A stretch of DNA of 64,000 nt from Marinosulfonomonas sp. (GCA_030625325.1 DAOURA010000001.1:1579-65578), one strand, 5' to 3'; positions 18,228 through 28,030 are shown, counted from the stretch's first letter. Notes: generated by a model not told the origin, from the sequence alone. Numbers and translations: made by a program.

Positions 18228-18551
18228 TCAATCAAGTTTCTTTATCAGGCTTTCTAAAGTCTCAACTGCAACGATAGATTCGTCAGTTCCACTTCCCGCT
18301 TCGCTGATAATTTCAGCAGTTTCTAAAATTGCTTCCTTAATCTCAAAAACAGTTTTTGCCCCTACATAAGGACCTGGGGGAGGTAGCTTATCTTCTTCTA
18401 GCGCCTGCGCCTGAGGGTAATCACAATGGCCAGTCGAGACCTCTCCAATACGCCCACCATTAACGCCAAAATACGAGGCGATGTCGTGTTGCTTATCCCC
18501 TCGCCCAAGCATTCCCTTTACAATTTGCGTCTCTCGGTAAGTAAAACTCAT
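18228..18551 (-). CDS. small HTH-like hypothetical protein (107 aa) in an A+T-rich insert
   Basis: The sequence begins MSFTYRETQIVKGMLGRGDKQHDIASYFGVNGGRIGEVSTG, a helix-turn-helix-like motif, and ends in an acidic tail. An AAGGA Shine-Dalgarno lies 7 nt upstream of the ATG at 18551. Local composition is clearly richer in A+T than the flanks. Confidence 0.55.
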   Translation of the reverse strand: MSFTYRETQIVKGMLGRGDKQHDIASYFGVNGGRIGEVSTGHCDYPQAQALEEDKLPPPGPYVGAKTVFEIKEAILETAEIISEAGSGTDESIVAVETLESLIKKLD

Positions 18552-18558
18552 CAAAATA

Positions 18559-18580
18559 TCCTTGTTGTTTAATACAAGGA
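18559..18580 (-). promoter_or_regulatory. 7-bp hairpin that sequesters the Shine-Dalgarno of the small HTH-like gene
   Basis: On the plus strand, TCCTTGT (18559-18565) and ACAAGGA (18574-18580) are complementary with an 8-nt loop. In the mRNA the 3' arm contains the AAGGA Shine-Dalgarno. Confidence 0.35.
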
Positions 18581-18612
18581 GAAGTGGGAATTACCTATGC
18601 GTGAATCAAGAC

Positions 18613-20616
18613 CTACTGATCCAGGAACGACCTTAACTTGCGCGACCTGCTTGGGTGCTTCAACTTGCGCAGCGCCTTGGCCTCAATCTGGCGGATCCGT
18701 TCGCGTGTCACGCTAAACTGTTGGCCGACCTCTTCCAGCGTGTGATCGGTGTTCATGCCGATGCCAAAACGCATCCGTAAAACCCGTTCTTCACGCGGCG
18801 TCAGGGACGCCAGTACCCGTGTCGTGGTTTCCTTCAGGTTTTCCTGAATGGCGCTGTCCAGCGGCAGAACGGCATTTTTATCTTCAATGAAATCACCAAG
18901 TTGGCTGTCTTCTTCGTCACCAATCGGGGTTTCCAGTGAAATCGGTTCCTTGGCAATTTTCATCACCTTGCGCACTTTTTCCAGCGGCATTTGCAGCTTG
19001 GCTGCTAATTCTTCCGGTGTGGGTTCACGGCCAATTTCATGCAGCATCTGGCGGCCTGTGCGCACCAGTTTATTGATGGTTTCGATCATATGCACCGGAA
19101 TACGGATGGTGCGGGCCTGATCGGCGATGCTGCGGGTAATCGCCTGACGGATCCACCATGTGGCGTAGGTCGAAAATTTATAACCCCGGCGATATTCAAA
19201 TTTATCCACCGCCTTCATCAGGCCAATGTTACCTTCCTGAATAAGATCAAGGAATTGCAGGCCGCGGTTGGTGTACTTTTTGGCAATCGAAATCACCAGA
19301 CGCAGATTGGCTTCGACCATTTCCTTTTTCGCGCCACGGGCTTCTTTTTCGCCCTTTTGAACCTGTTGAACGATGCGGCGGAATTCTGAAATATCAACGC
19401 CGACATATTGCCCCACCTGGGCCATTTCGCCGCGCAGATCAACGATCTTATCGGTAAAGCGTTCAATAAACGCAGTCCACGCGCGGCCGGTTTTTTCACC
19501 CATCTGGTCCAGCCAGGTCGGGTCAAGTTCATAGCCACGATAGGCCTCTACAAATTCGCGCCGGTTAATGCGGGCCTGATCGGCCAGCTTCACCATTGAG
19601 CCATCGATCACCATAATCCGACGGTTAATGCCGTAAAGTTGGTCAATCAGGGCTTCAATCCGGTTGTTATGCAGGTGCAGTTCATTCACCAATACAACGA
19701 TTTCGGCGCGCAGTTTTTGGTATTTCTTTTCTGCTTTTGCGCTAAACGTACCATCTTCGTTCAGCCGGGCCGACATCCGCAGGTCCTGCATGTCCGACAG
19801 TTTGACATAGTCACGCGCGATCAGGTCCAGGGTTTCCAGAACCCGGGGCTTTAGCACCGCCTCCATCGCGGCCAGTGACATGTTGGCCTGTTCGTCTTCA
19901 TCATCATCGTCGTCATCTGTTGCAATCGGGTTACCGTCTGCGTCCAGTTCGGGCTGTGCCTGATCCTTTTGCGCGGAGACTGGGGCCGGGGCACCGGGAA
20001 CAGCCGGGGCAACGGGTGCGACCACTGGTTCCTGTTCTTCTTCATCATCCATGCCGCTGCCAAAGGTGGCTTCAAGGTCGATCACATCGCGCAGCAAAAT
20101 GTCTTCTGACAACAATTCGTCGCGCCAGATTGTGATCGCCTGAAAGGTCAGCGGGCTTTCACACAGGCCGGCGATCATTGTCTTACGCCCGGCCTCAATC
20201 CGCTTGGCGATCGCAATTTCGCCTTCGCGGCTTAACAGCTCAACCGAGCCCATTTCGCGCAGGTACATGCGAACCGGGTCATCGGTACGGTCAAGTTTCT
20301 CGGCCTCAGCCCCTGAAACCGCAAGTTCACGCGAGCCAGAGGCCGCAACAACTTCGGTTGATCCCTTGGCCTCTTCTTCGGCCTCTTCGTCTTCGATAAT
20401 GTTGATACCCATTTCGGACAGCATCGACATAACGTCTTCAATTTGCTCGGAAGATACCTGTTCCGGGGGCAGAACTGTGTTCAGCTGATCATAGGTGATA
20501 TAGCCCCGTTCACGCGCATCGGCGATCATCTTTTTGATGGCTGCCTGGCTCATATCCAGGGACGTTTCTTCATCCTGGCTATCGCGCTTGCGATCGTCGG
20601 TATCTTTGGCGGCCAT
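18613..20616 (-). CDS. rpoD: RNA polymerase primary sigma factor sigma-70
   Basis: The full sigma-70 architecture is present, including the acidic non-conserved region, [52 protein letters not shown], and region 4. Confidence 0.97.
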   Translation of the reverse strand: MAAKDTDDRKRDSQDEETSLDMSQAAIKKMIADARERGYITYDQLNTVLPPEQVSSEQIEDVMSMLSEMGINIIEDEEAEEEAKGSTEVVAASGSRELAVSGAEAEKLDRTDDPVRMYLREMGSVELLSREGEIAIAKRIEAGRKTMIAGLCESPLTFQAITIWRDELLSEDILLRDVIDLEATFGSGMDDEEEQEPVVAPVAPAVPGAPAPVSAQKDQAQPELDADGNPIATDDDDDDEDEQANMSLAAMEAVLKPRVLETLDLIARDYVKLSDMQDLRMSARLNEDGTFSAKAEKKYQKLRAEIVVLVNELHLHNNRIEALIDQLYGINRRIMVIDGSMVKLADQARINRREFVEAYRGYELDPTWLDQMGEKTGRAWTAFIERFTDKIVDLRGEMAQVGQYVGVDISEFRRIVQQVQKGEKEARGAKKEMVEANLRLVISIAKKYTNRGLQFLDLIQEGNIGLMKAVDKFEYRRGYKFSTYATWWIRQAITRSIADQARTIRIPVHMIETINKLVRTGRQMLHEIGREPTPEELAAKLQMPLEKVRKVMKIAKEPISLETPIGDEEDSQLGDFIEDKNAVLPLDSAIQENLKETTTRVLASLTPREERVLRMRFGIGMNTDHTLEEVGQQFSVTRERIRQIEAKALRKLKHPSRSRKLRSFLDQ

Positions 20617-20636
20617 CAGGCTCTCCTCTGGGGCAG

Positions 20637-20686
20637 GTGATTCGCAGTACTGTCAATTCGAATCAATAACTGCGAATCACTGATTC
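20637..20686. promoter_or_regulatory. 12-bp perfect inverted repeat with four GANTC sites upstream of rpoD
   Basis: GTGATTCGCAGT (20637-20648) pairs with ACTGCGAATCAC (20669-20680), and a central ATTCGAAT palindrome lies at 20656-20663. GANTC pentamers occur at 20639, 20660, 20674 and 20682. Confidence 0.5.
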
Positions 20687-20733
20687 GGACACCCGTTTAC
20701 CCTGTTTCTAATAATGATTCCTTCACCAAATGA

Positions 20734-22707
20734 TCAATTCGTCCGGTTTCGCCCTTTGGTAAAGTCGATCTTGTCCAGTAGTTGCCCAAATGCACTGCGT
20801 TCATCACGCTTCATCTGGGCCCCGTTGTCCCCGATTTCGTATTCTGTCTTGTCCTCAGTCTGGCTAAGGATCGCCTTATTCCTTGCCTCTGCCGCCTGCG
20901 CCAGCCGCCATGTCAGGCCCTCATCCGCAACATTGCCAAGGTCTTGTTCTGCATCCGCAATTTCCCTGACCGCCCCGCGGGCAGCGGTTAGTTTTGCCAG
21001 TTCCTGTTCCACACATAATGCGGCCATTTCACTGTTACCGGGGGTTTTGATTGCCGGAACAATTTTCACATGGTTCAGTGCAAACAGTTTTTCAAGGGCT
21101 CCATCGGGCAGGTTCGCGCTTAATTGTTCGCGCAATTCGGCCGGTGGCACGCCCATATGGCGCAACAAAGTCCCCTGAATGTCCCGGTGTTCAGGCAGTT
21201 GAAATTCCTGTTCCTCAAGCGGGCCTTCAAAATCAGGCAAAATATCAGGGTTGGTGATCAGGGTCGCCAATATTACCGCCTCACGCAGGCGGTCCTGGGT
21301 GCGCGCACCCGGCGGGGCAGCCAGATAGGAACTTTTGGTTCCGGGCATGGGCTGGGCCGGGGGTGTAAAACGCGCCCCCTTCCACTGGCCACGATTTTGG
21401 CGAACAGGGCGCGCAGCCTGAAACAGGTCCTGACGCAGGGCCTTGACCGCTTCGCCATAATGGCCCCGAATGGACGTATCTTTGATTTTCGTAAGGGCCG
21501 CGCGCAGGGTTTTATCAAGGGCGGCCCTGCGTTCGGGGCTATCAAATACCTTACCTTCGGTTTCACGCCGCCACAGCAGTTGCACCATGGGGATCGCCTG
21601 ATCCAATTGCTTTTGCATGGCCCCGGCCCCGCCCGCACGGATCAGGTCATCCGGGTCCAGGCCGTCGGGCATAATACAAAACCGCAGGGAATTACCGGCC
21701 TCAAGCAGCGGTAGCGCCAGATCAATCAACCGCATTGCCGCCCGCAGCCCGGCGGTATCCCCGTCCAGCGCAATAATCGGTTCCGGGTTAATCCGCCACA
21801 GCATCGCCAGCTGACTTTCGGTGACCGCGGTGCCAAGGGGGGCAACCGTAGCGCCAAACCCGGCCTCGGACAGGGCGATTACATCCATATAGCCTTCGGC
21901 AACCACCAATGGCTGGCCCTTACCCAACGCCGCGCGCGCCGGGCCTTGGTTGTAAAGTGATCGCCCCTTGTCAAACAGTTCAGTCTCGGGGGAATTCAGG
22001 TATTTGGCGCGCGCATCAGCCGCCATCGCCCGCCCCCCCAGCGCAATACAACGCCCCCGCGCGTCCCGGATCGGAAATATTATGCGGTCGCGAAAACGGT
22101 CATAGGGCGCACCACCACTATCGGGGCGCGCCGCCAAGCCTGCATCCACAATCAGGTCCGGTTCAATTCCCTTGTCCTTCAGGTGGCCCCACAGTCCCTG
22201 ACGGTTATCCGGGGCAAACCCGATGTCCCAGCGCGCCTGCGCATCCGGGCTTAGCCCACGGGTATCCAGATAATCGCGCGCCGCCCCTGCCCCGGCAGTT
22301 TTAAGTTGCAGCCGAAAATACTGAACAGCTGCTTCCATGACTTCGGCCAGCTGGCCGCGCCGGTTTGACTTTTGCTGGGCCACAGGGTCGCGCGCGGGCA
22401 CTTCCATTCCGGCCTCGCGGGCGAGGATTTCAATTGCTTCCATAAAACCGACATTTTCCGTTTCGCGCACAAAGGAAATTGCATCCCCCTTGGCGTGACA
22501 GCCAAAACAATAATAAAACCCCTGCCGATCATCCACATGAAAGCTGGCGGTTTTTTCCTGATGAAATGGGCATGGCGCCCACATGTCGCCCTTACCCTGA
22601 TTTGACTTTCGCTGATCCCAAACAACCTTACGCCCCACAACATGGGTAAGGCTGGAGCGCGTTCGAAGCTCATCAAGGAAACCGGGGGGTAGACTCATGC
22701 CCGGCAA
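20734..22707 (-). CDS. dnaG: DNA primase
   Basis: The zinc finger CPFHQEKTASFHV...YYCFGCHAKGD, the TOPRIM block (VVAEGYMDVIAL, LDGDTAG) and a C-terminal helicase-interaction region are present. Confidence 0.95.
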   Translation of the reverse strand: MPGMSLPPGFLDELRTRSSLTHVVGRKVVWDQRKSNQGKGDMWAPCPFHQEKTASFHVDDRQGFYYCFGCHAKGDAISFVRETENVGFMEAIEILAREAGMEVPARDPVAQQKSNRRGQLAEVMEAAVQYFRLQLKTAGAGAARDYLDTRGLSPDAQARWDIGFAPDNRQGLWGHLKDKGIEPDLIVDAGLAARPDSGGAPYDRFRDRIIFPIRDARGRCIALGGRAMAADARAKYLNSPETELFDKGRSLYNQGPARAALGKGQPLVVAEGYMDVIALSEAGFGATVAPLGTAVTESQLAMLWRINPEPIIALDGDTAGLRAAMRLIDLALPLLEAGNSLRFCIMPDGLDPDDLIRAGGAGAMQKQLDQAIPMVQLLWRRETEGKVFDSPERRAALDKTLRAALTKIKDTSIRGHYGEAVKALRQDLFQAARPVRQNRGQWKGARFTPPAQPMPGTKSSYLAAPPGARTQDRLREAVILATLITNPDILPDFEGPLEEQEFQLPEHRDIQGTLLRHMGVPPAELREQLSANLPDGALEKLFALNHVKIVPAIKTPGNSEMAALCVEQELAKLTAARGAVREIADAEQDLGNVADEGLTWRLAQAAEARNKAILSQTEDKTEYEIGDNGAQMKRDERSAFGQLLDKIDFTKGRNRTN

Positions 22708-22740
22708 TATCGTGTCCGATGGTCGCAGAGTCTAGCAAAT

Positions 22741-22816
22741 GCGCGCCTTCGGCGCATTTTATAAAGCACTTCGTGCGATTTGCCTGCGGCGCGAGTATTT
22801 GAAAAGGAAAAACCGG
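22741..22816. repeat. intergenic repeat element, full-length copy B
   Basis: By hand alignment, 76 nt match 34437-34514 at roughly three quarters identity: GCGCGCC..GGCGCATTTT.ATAA...CTTCG.GCGATT...GCG.G.ATATTTG..GAAAA.GAA...CGG. Confidence 0.7.
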
Positions 22817-22834
22817 GGCGTTTTCTTTTGTTCT

Positions 22835-22857
22835 AAAATATCCCCGCCGGAGGCACC
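22835..22857. repeat. inverted half-copy of the same repeat element
   Basis: The reverse complement GGTGCCTCCGGCGGGGATATTTT matches 13472-13494 (GATGCCTCCGGCGGGGATATTT) and the 3' half of copies B and C. Together with copy B it can form a long imperfect hairpin. Confidence 0.65.
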
Positions 22858-22896
22858 GCGGCGCGCGCAGCGCGGCGCAATCCATAATAAATCGCC

Positions 22897-23466
22897 CTAC
22901 TGTGCCTTGCGGGCCGCCGCCAGTTTCATCGCCCCCGAAATTTCATGGACCGCCGTTCGTGCCATTGAACGAAACACCATCAGATCAAAACTGTTGGCCC
23001 CGGTGCGGGTGATCGACAGGGGCATATGGTTTAGCATGGTGCGCGCAGTGTGGCCCCGTTTGAACACACTGGCGCGCAGATCAACCGGGATCAGGCGGGC
23101 CAGCACATCAACGCACCCCGCCCCCTTCAGACGCATAATCGCCCAGCCGTCGGATTGATCACACAGGCTGGCACCTTTGATAGGGTCGGGTATTGGCCCC
23201 ACCAACATCGCCTGATCCGGCGCAAACCAGATGCAGCGCGCGCCTTCCCTTCCGGTGGCCCGGTTTGGCGACGGAAAGCCCAGCCCGCGGGCCTTTTTCA
23301 GCGCATCTGATACCGCGCGGGTTTTGCCAGACTGGGGGGAAACCGATGTAATGGCGTCGGGCAGGACTTCACTTAAGGTGCAGGTGCCAACGGACAATGG
23401 CAACAGGCCCTCACATGGGGTTTTTGCAATCAAATCAGCCACGTGTGCGTCCCCCTGTTGGGTCAT
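22897..23466 (-). CDS. soxG: sarcosine oxidase subunit gamma
   Basis: The call rests on position (last gene of the soxBDAG cluster), size (189 aa) and general resemblance to SoxG. The gene overlaps the soxA end by 32 nt. Confidence 0.8.
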   Translation of the reverse strand: MTQQGDAHVADLIAKTPCEGLLPLSVGTCTLSEVLPDAITSVSPQSGKTRAVSDALKKARGLGFPSPNRATGREGARCIWFAPDQAMLVGPIPDPIKGASLCDQSDGWAIMRLKGAGCVDVLARLIPVDLRASVFKRGHTARTMLNHMPLSITRTGANSFDLMVFRSMARTAVHEISGAMKLAAARKAQ

Positions 23467-26365
23467 AAACCACCGGATCGCCGACTTCGCAGATCACATC
23501 CAGATCGCGCAGGTGATCCACCATCCTGATCCGCTCTCCGTGTCGCGCACGGCCATTCTTCAAAAACCCAAGTCCGATAAAATGCCCTAACGTCGGTGAA
23601 AACCCCACGGATGTCGTATGCCCTTGGGCGTTTTCACGCGAGGCCGAAGCGCCTTTTTCAAATAAAAATGCCCCGGCAGAAAGCTGCTTAACCGTCCCCA
23701 CCGGGCGCAACCCGACCAGTTGTTCGCGCCCATCCCCAACCAGACCGGGGCGCGCGGCCATTGTTTTGCCGATGCAATCCTTTTTGGCCGACACCATCCG
23801 CCCCATCCCGATGTCAAAGGCGGTTACCCGACCATCAATTTCCGCATGGGTGATAAAGCCTTTTTCGATGCGCAGCACATTCAATGCCTCCATCCCATAG
23901 GGGCCACCGCCAAGGGCCCCAGCCTGTGCACAAAGCAGGCGAAACAAGCTATCGCCATATCGGGCTGGCACCGCAATTTCATAGGCGTGTTCGCCGGAAA
24001 ACGAAATTCTGAACAACCGCCCCGCCACGCCGCTAACCCCGACCAAACCACAGGCCATAAACGGAAAGGTTTCGTTATCAATCGGGGTATCCAGAACCGC
24101 ATTCACCAGATCACGCGCCTTTGGTCCGGCGACGGCAAACTGTGCCCAGTGTTCGGTGGCCGAATTCATCTGCACATCCCAATCGGGGTGCAGGCATTGG
24201 GTGGCAAATTCCAGATGCTTCATCACCTCACCGGCGGCGGCAGTGGTGGTCGTCATCACGAAATGGGTGTCCCCCAGCCGTGCGCAGGTGCCGTCATCCA
24301 TTACAAACCCGTCTTCACGCAGCATCAGCCCATAGCGCACGCGCCCGATCTTAAGGCTTGAAAACATGTTTGTATAAACGAAATCAAGCAGTTTCGCCGC
24401 GTCCTTACCCTGAATATCGATCTTACCAAGGGTGGAAACATCACAAACCCCAACCGCGCTGCGCACCATGTTGATTTCCCGGTCACAGGATTGACGCCAT
24501 GTCTTTTCGCCCTGTTTGGGGAAAAAAGATGGCCGATACCACAGGCCAGCCTCTATCATTGGGGCGCCGTCTTCAAGCGTGGCCATATGGGACGTGGTGA
24601 AACGTTCCGGCGCAAAACCTTTACCAAGCGCCCCGGCCCCCATCGCACCGATCGACACCGGGCTATAGGGCGGTCGAAAGGTCGTTGTTCCGGTTTGTGA
24701 AATTGAACGCCCGGTGGCGTCCGCCAGTACCGCCAGCGCCCCAACATTCGAACTTTTGCCCTGATCGGTGGCCATGCCTTGGGTGGTGTAACGCTTCATA
24801 TGCTCAACCGAGGCATAGTTTTCCCGCGCCGCCAGTTCCACATCTTTCACCGTTACATCATTTTGGAAATCAAGCCATGCGCGCCCCTTGCCCGGCACCG
24901 CCCAAAGTGGCGTCAAGCCATAGGGCGTATCATCAGATTTCGGGGTCGGGTTGGGTTTTGCCTTAATCCCAAGGTCATCCAACATCAGTTTTGCCCGATA
25001 AGCCCCCGATTTAAGGGCACCTTTTGTGCTGAACACCCCGGCCGCGGCGCCTGCCACATCCAGACCGGGCACAGCCCCCGGAACCGGTACAAAGGCGGCG
25101 ATCGTATCGTTCCAGATCGGGCGCGCACCGGTGTGGCATGTCAGATGCAACGACGGGTTCCACCCCCCTGATATTGCAAGGCAATCCGCCTTTATCCATT
25201 GGGTTTTACCCTGGCTCGATACGCAAATATCGCTCAACCCCAGCCGACCTTTGGTATCGGTCACGCTGGCCCCGGTGAAGGTCGGGAAATCGCCCTGCAC
25301 ATTTGCATCCGCACGGCTGTCAATCAGCGCGCAGATGTTGACACCCGCAGCCTGCATATCGCGCGCGGTGCGGTGGGCATCGTCATTGTTGCAAAACACC
25401 GACACATTGCGCCCCGGCGCCACGCCCCAGCGGTTCAGATAGGTGCGAACGGCCCCGGCCGTCATAATGCCGGGCCGGTCATTGTTAGCAAAGGCAATCG
25501 GGCGTTCCAGCGCCCCGGCGCATAACAACGCCCGCTTGGCCACGATCCGCCAAAACGTTTCAACCGGCACGCCCGCACCATCGGCCATATGCAGCCCGCT
25601 GCGTTCCAGCGCGCCGTATGTGCCCTGATCATAGGCGCCGGTTACCGTGGTGCGGGTCATGATACGCACGTTGGGCATTTCGCCCAGCTCTGCCACCACC
25701 TGCGCGGCCCAGACTGGCCCCGAAACGCCGGCAACGGTTTCATCCTCGCCCAGCAATCGACCGCCGGGAAGGGCATTTTCATCCACCAGCAAAACATCCG
25801 CCCCGGCGCGCCCGGCACTTAGGGCCGCCATCAGACCGGCAGGCCCCGCACCAATGATCAGCAGATCACAAAACCCATAGGCCTTATCATAACTGGCCGT
25901 GTCATGTTCCCCCGACAGCGCCCCCAAACCAGCCGCGCGCCGGATCACCGGTTCATACAGTTTTTCCCAAAAGCTGCGCGGCCACATAAAGGTTTTGTAA
26001 TAGAACCCAGCCGAAAAGAACGGTGACATCAGATCATTCACCGCCAAAACATCACGCTGCAAAGAAGGCCAGCTGTTCTGGCTGCGCACCGACAGCCCGC
26101 CGTATATTTCCTGCACCGTGGCGCGCACATTCGGGGTTTGGGCAGCACCGCGCCCAACCGTGATCAGGGCGTTTGGTTCCTCTGAACCTGCCGACAACAC
26201 GCCGCGCGGACGGTGGTATTTAAACGAACGCCCCATCAGGCGCACCCCGTTGGCCAACAGGGCCGAGGCAACAGTGTCCCCCTGAAAGCCAGCATATTTC
26301 TGCCCGTCAAAGCTAAATTCAACCGGGATATCGCGATCAATCAGGCCTTTGCCATCAACCCTCAT
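23435..26365 (-). CDS. soxA: sarcosine oxidase subunit alpha
   Basis: The protein is 976 aa, with the N-terminus FSFDGQKYAGFQGDTVASALLANG, an NAD/FAD Rossmann motif (IIGAGPAGLMAA) and a C-terminal aminomethyltransferase-like folate domain. Confidence 0.93.
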   Translation of the reverse strand: MRVDGKGLIDRDIPVEFSFDGQKYAGFQGDTVASALLANGVRLMGRSFKYHRPRGVLSAGSEEPNALITVGRGAAQTPNVRATVQEIYGGLSVRSQNSWPSLQRDVLAVNDLMSPFFSAGFYYKTFMWPRSFWEKLYEPVIRRAAGLGALSGEHDTASYDKAYGFCDLLIIGAGPAGLMAALSAGRAGADVLLVDENALPGGRLLGEDETVAGVSGPVWAAQVVAELGEMPNVRIMTRTTVTGAYDQGTYGALERSGLHMADGAGVPVETFWRIVAKRALLCAGALERPIAFANNDRPGIMTAGAVRTYLNRWGVAPGRNVSVFCNNDDAHRTARDMQAAGVNICALIDSRADANVQGDFPTFTGASVTDTKGRLGLSDICVSSQGKTQWIKADCLAISGGWNPSLHLTCHTGARPIWNDTIAAFVPVPGAVPGLDVAGAAAGVFSTKGALKSGAYRAKLMLDDLGIKAKPNPTPKSDDTPYGLTPLWAVPGKGRAWLDFQNDVTVKDVELAARENYASVEHMKRYTTQGMATDQGKSSNVGALAVLADATGRSISQTGTTTFRPPYSPVSIGAMGAGALGKGFAPERFTTSHMATLEDGAPMIEAGLWYRPSFFPKQGEKTWRQSCDREINMVRSAVGVCDVSTLGKIDIQGKDAAKLLDFVYTNMFSSLKIGRVRYGLMLREDGFVMDDGTCARLGDTHFVMTTTTAAAGEVMKHLEFATQCLHPDWDVQMNSATEHWAQFAVAGPKARDLVNAVLDTPIDNETFPFMACGLVGVSGVAGRLFRISFSGEHAYEIAVPARYGDSLFRLLCAQAGALGGGPYGMEALNVLRIEKGFITHAEIDGRVTAFDIGMGRMVSAKKDCIGKTMAARPGLVGDGREQLVGLRPVGTVKQLSAGAFLFEKGASASRENAQGHTTSVGFSPTLGHFIGLGFLKNGRARHGERIRMVDHLRDLDVICEVGDPVVYDPTGGRTRG

Positions 26366-26634
26366 TTTGTGGCCCTCCGGGCGGTGCTGGCCAGCTCGCT
26401 ACTGATAACGTCATGGCTAATGGTGTCGCGCGTGACCACCAACCAGGCCCCGCAGCCGCCGCTGTGATACCAAAGATCACGCGTCATGCCCGCCGGGTTG
26501 TCGCGCAGATGAACATAGTCGTCCCACGCCGCCGCCCCCGCGTCAGGCGCCGGACGATCCAGCGCAAGTGCGACACCGCGATAGGTAAATTCCCGTAAAT
26601 CCCGTTCCCCGCAATGGGGGCATGTGATGCGCAT
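26362..26634 (-). CDS. soxD: sarcosine oxidase subunit delta
   Basis: MRITCPHCGERDLREFTY is the zinc-binding SoxD N-terminus. Length is 90 aa. Confidence 0.9.
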   Translation of the reverse strand: MRITCPHCGERDLREFTYRGVALALDRPAPDAGAAAWDDYVHLRDNPAGMTRDLWYHSGGCGAWLVVTRDTISHDVISSELASTARRATK

Positions 26635-26645
26635 AATCCTGTCCC

Positions 26646-27899
26646 CTAATGCAGGTTGTGTTGGCTGCCGGTGCCTTCTTCGTCCATTATCCCCTGCCCG
26701 GTTCTGAACCGATCAAGGCGAAAACCCCGCGCCGTTTCATGGGGCTGGCCAGTGGCAATCAGGTGGGCAAATGCGTCCCCCGACCCCGGAACCGCCTTAA
26801 AGCCGCCGTAACACCAGCCACAATCAATAAACAGCCCGTCAGTTCCGGTTTTGTCGATAATGGGCGAACCATCCGGCGTCATGTCCATGATGCCACCCCA
26901 ACTGCGCAGCACCTTGGCCTTGCCGATCATCGGCATCAGGGTCATGGCGGCCTCCATCACCTGTTCTTTTCGCGGCAGGTTGCCGCGCTGGGCATAGCTC
27001 GCGTAAAAATCCAGATCGCCCCCAAACACCAGCCCACCCTTGTCAGACTGGCTGATATAGAAATGCCCCATGCCAAAGCTGATCACATGGTCGATGGCGG
27101 GTTTTAACCCTTCGCTTACAAAGGCTTGCAAGACATGGCTTTCAATTGGCAGGCGCATTCCGGCCATTTCGGCCACCTGCCCGGACCGCCCGGCCACCAC
27201 GATACCAACCTTTTTGGCACGGATCGCGCCGCGGGTGGTTTGCACGCCGGTTACCTTACCACCAACAATATCTATACCCGTAACTTCGCAGTTCTGGATC
27301 AGATCAACGCCGCGCTGATCCGCCCCGCGCGCATAGCCCCATGCCACCCCGTCATGGCGCGCCGTTGCCCCACGCGGGTGCAGCAACCCGCCATAAATCG
27401 GAAAACGTCCATTATCGTAATCAAGATAAGGCAACATCTTTTGCAAACCGTCACGGTCCAACAAAACCGCATCATCGCCTTGATTGATCATCGCATTGCC
27501 ACGGCGCACAAAGGCATCGCGCTGGCCGTCGGAATGAAACAGGCTGATCACGCCACGCTGACTTAGCATGACGTTGAAATTCAGATCCTGCGACAGACCT
27601 TCCCACAGTTTCATCGAATGGCTGTAAAATTCTGAATTGCCCGGCAGGAAATAATTGGCCCGCACAATGGTGGTATTTCGCCCCACATTGCCACCGCCGA
27701 TATAGCCCTTTTCCAGCACCGCAATATTTTTCAGCCCATGTTTTTTCGCCAGATAATAGGCCGTGGACAGGCCGTGCCCGCCACCACCAATGATCACAAT
27801 ATCATATTCTGGTTTTGGGTCGGGGTTACGCCAGACAGGCCGCCAGCCTTTGTTACCTGTTAACCCTTGTGTGAAAACTTTTAAGGCCGAGTACCGCAT
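26646..27899 (-). CDS. soxB: sarcosine oxidase subunit beta
   Basis: YDIVIIGGGGHGLSTAYYLAK is the FAD motif, and the C-terminus is typical of SoxB. I moved the start to MRYSALK (27899). Confidence 0.93.
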   Translation of the reverse strand: MRYSALKVFTQGLTGNKGWRPVWRNPDPKPEYDIVIIGGGGHGLSTAYYLAKKHGLKNIAVLEKGYIGGGNVGRNTTIVRANYFLPGNSEFYSHSMKLWEGLSQDLNFNVMLSQRGVISLFHSDGQRDAFVRRGNAMINQGDDAVLLDRDGLQKMLPYLDYDNGRFPIYGGLLHPRGATARHDGVAWGYARGADQRGVDLIQNCEVTGIDIVGGKVTGVQTTRGAIRAKKVGIVVAGRSGQVAEMAGMRLPIESHVLQAFVSEGLKPAIDHVISFGMGHFYISQSDKGGLVFGGDLDFYASYAQRGNLPRKEQVMEAAMTLMPMIGKAKVLRSWGGIMDMTPDGSPIIDKTGTDGLFIDCGWCYGGFKAVPGSGDAFAHLIATGQPHETARGFRLDRFRTGQGIMDEEGTGSQHNLH

Positions 27900-27967
27900 T
27901 CTATCCCCCCGCAAACCATGGCCACAAAATCAAGTCCTGTCAGGAAGTTCAACGTCAAATTGCGACC

Positions 27968-28002
27968 TTAAACGCAAACAACGGGTCGCAAAGGACCCGT
28001 TG
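27968..28002 (-). terminator. rho-independent terminator after the TadG-like gene
   Basis: A perfect 9-bp stem (CAACGGGTC 27979-27987 / GACCCGTTG 27994-28002) has a 6-nt loop. On the minus strand it is followed by TTTGCGTTTA. Confidence 0.6.
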
Positions 28003-28030
28003 TCTGAATTTTCTTAGGTGGTGGGGGGCG

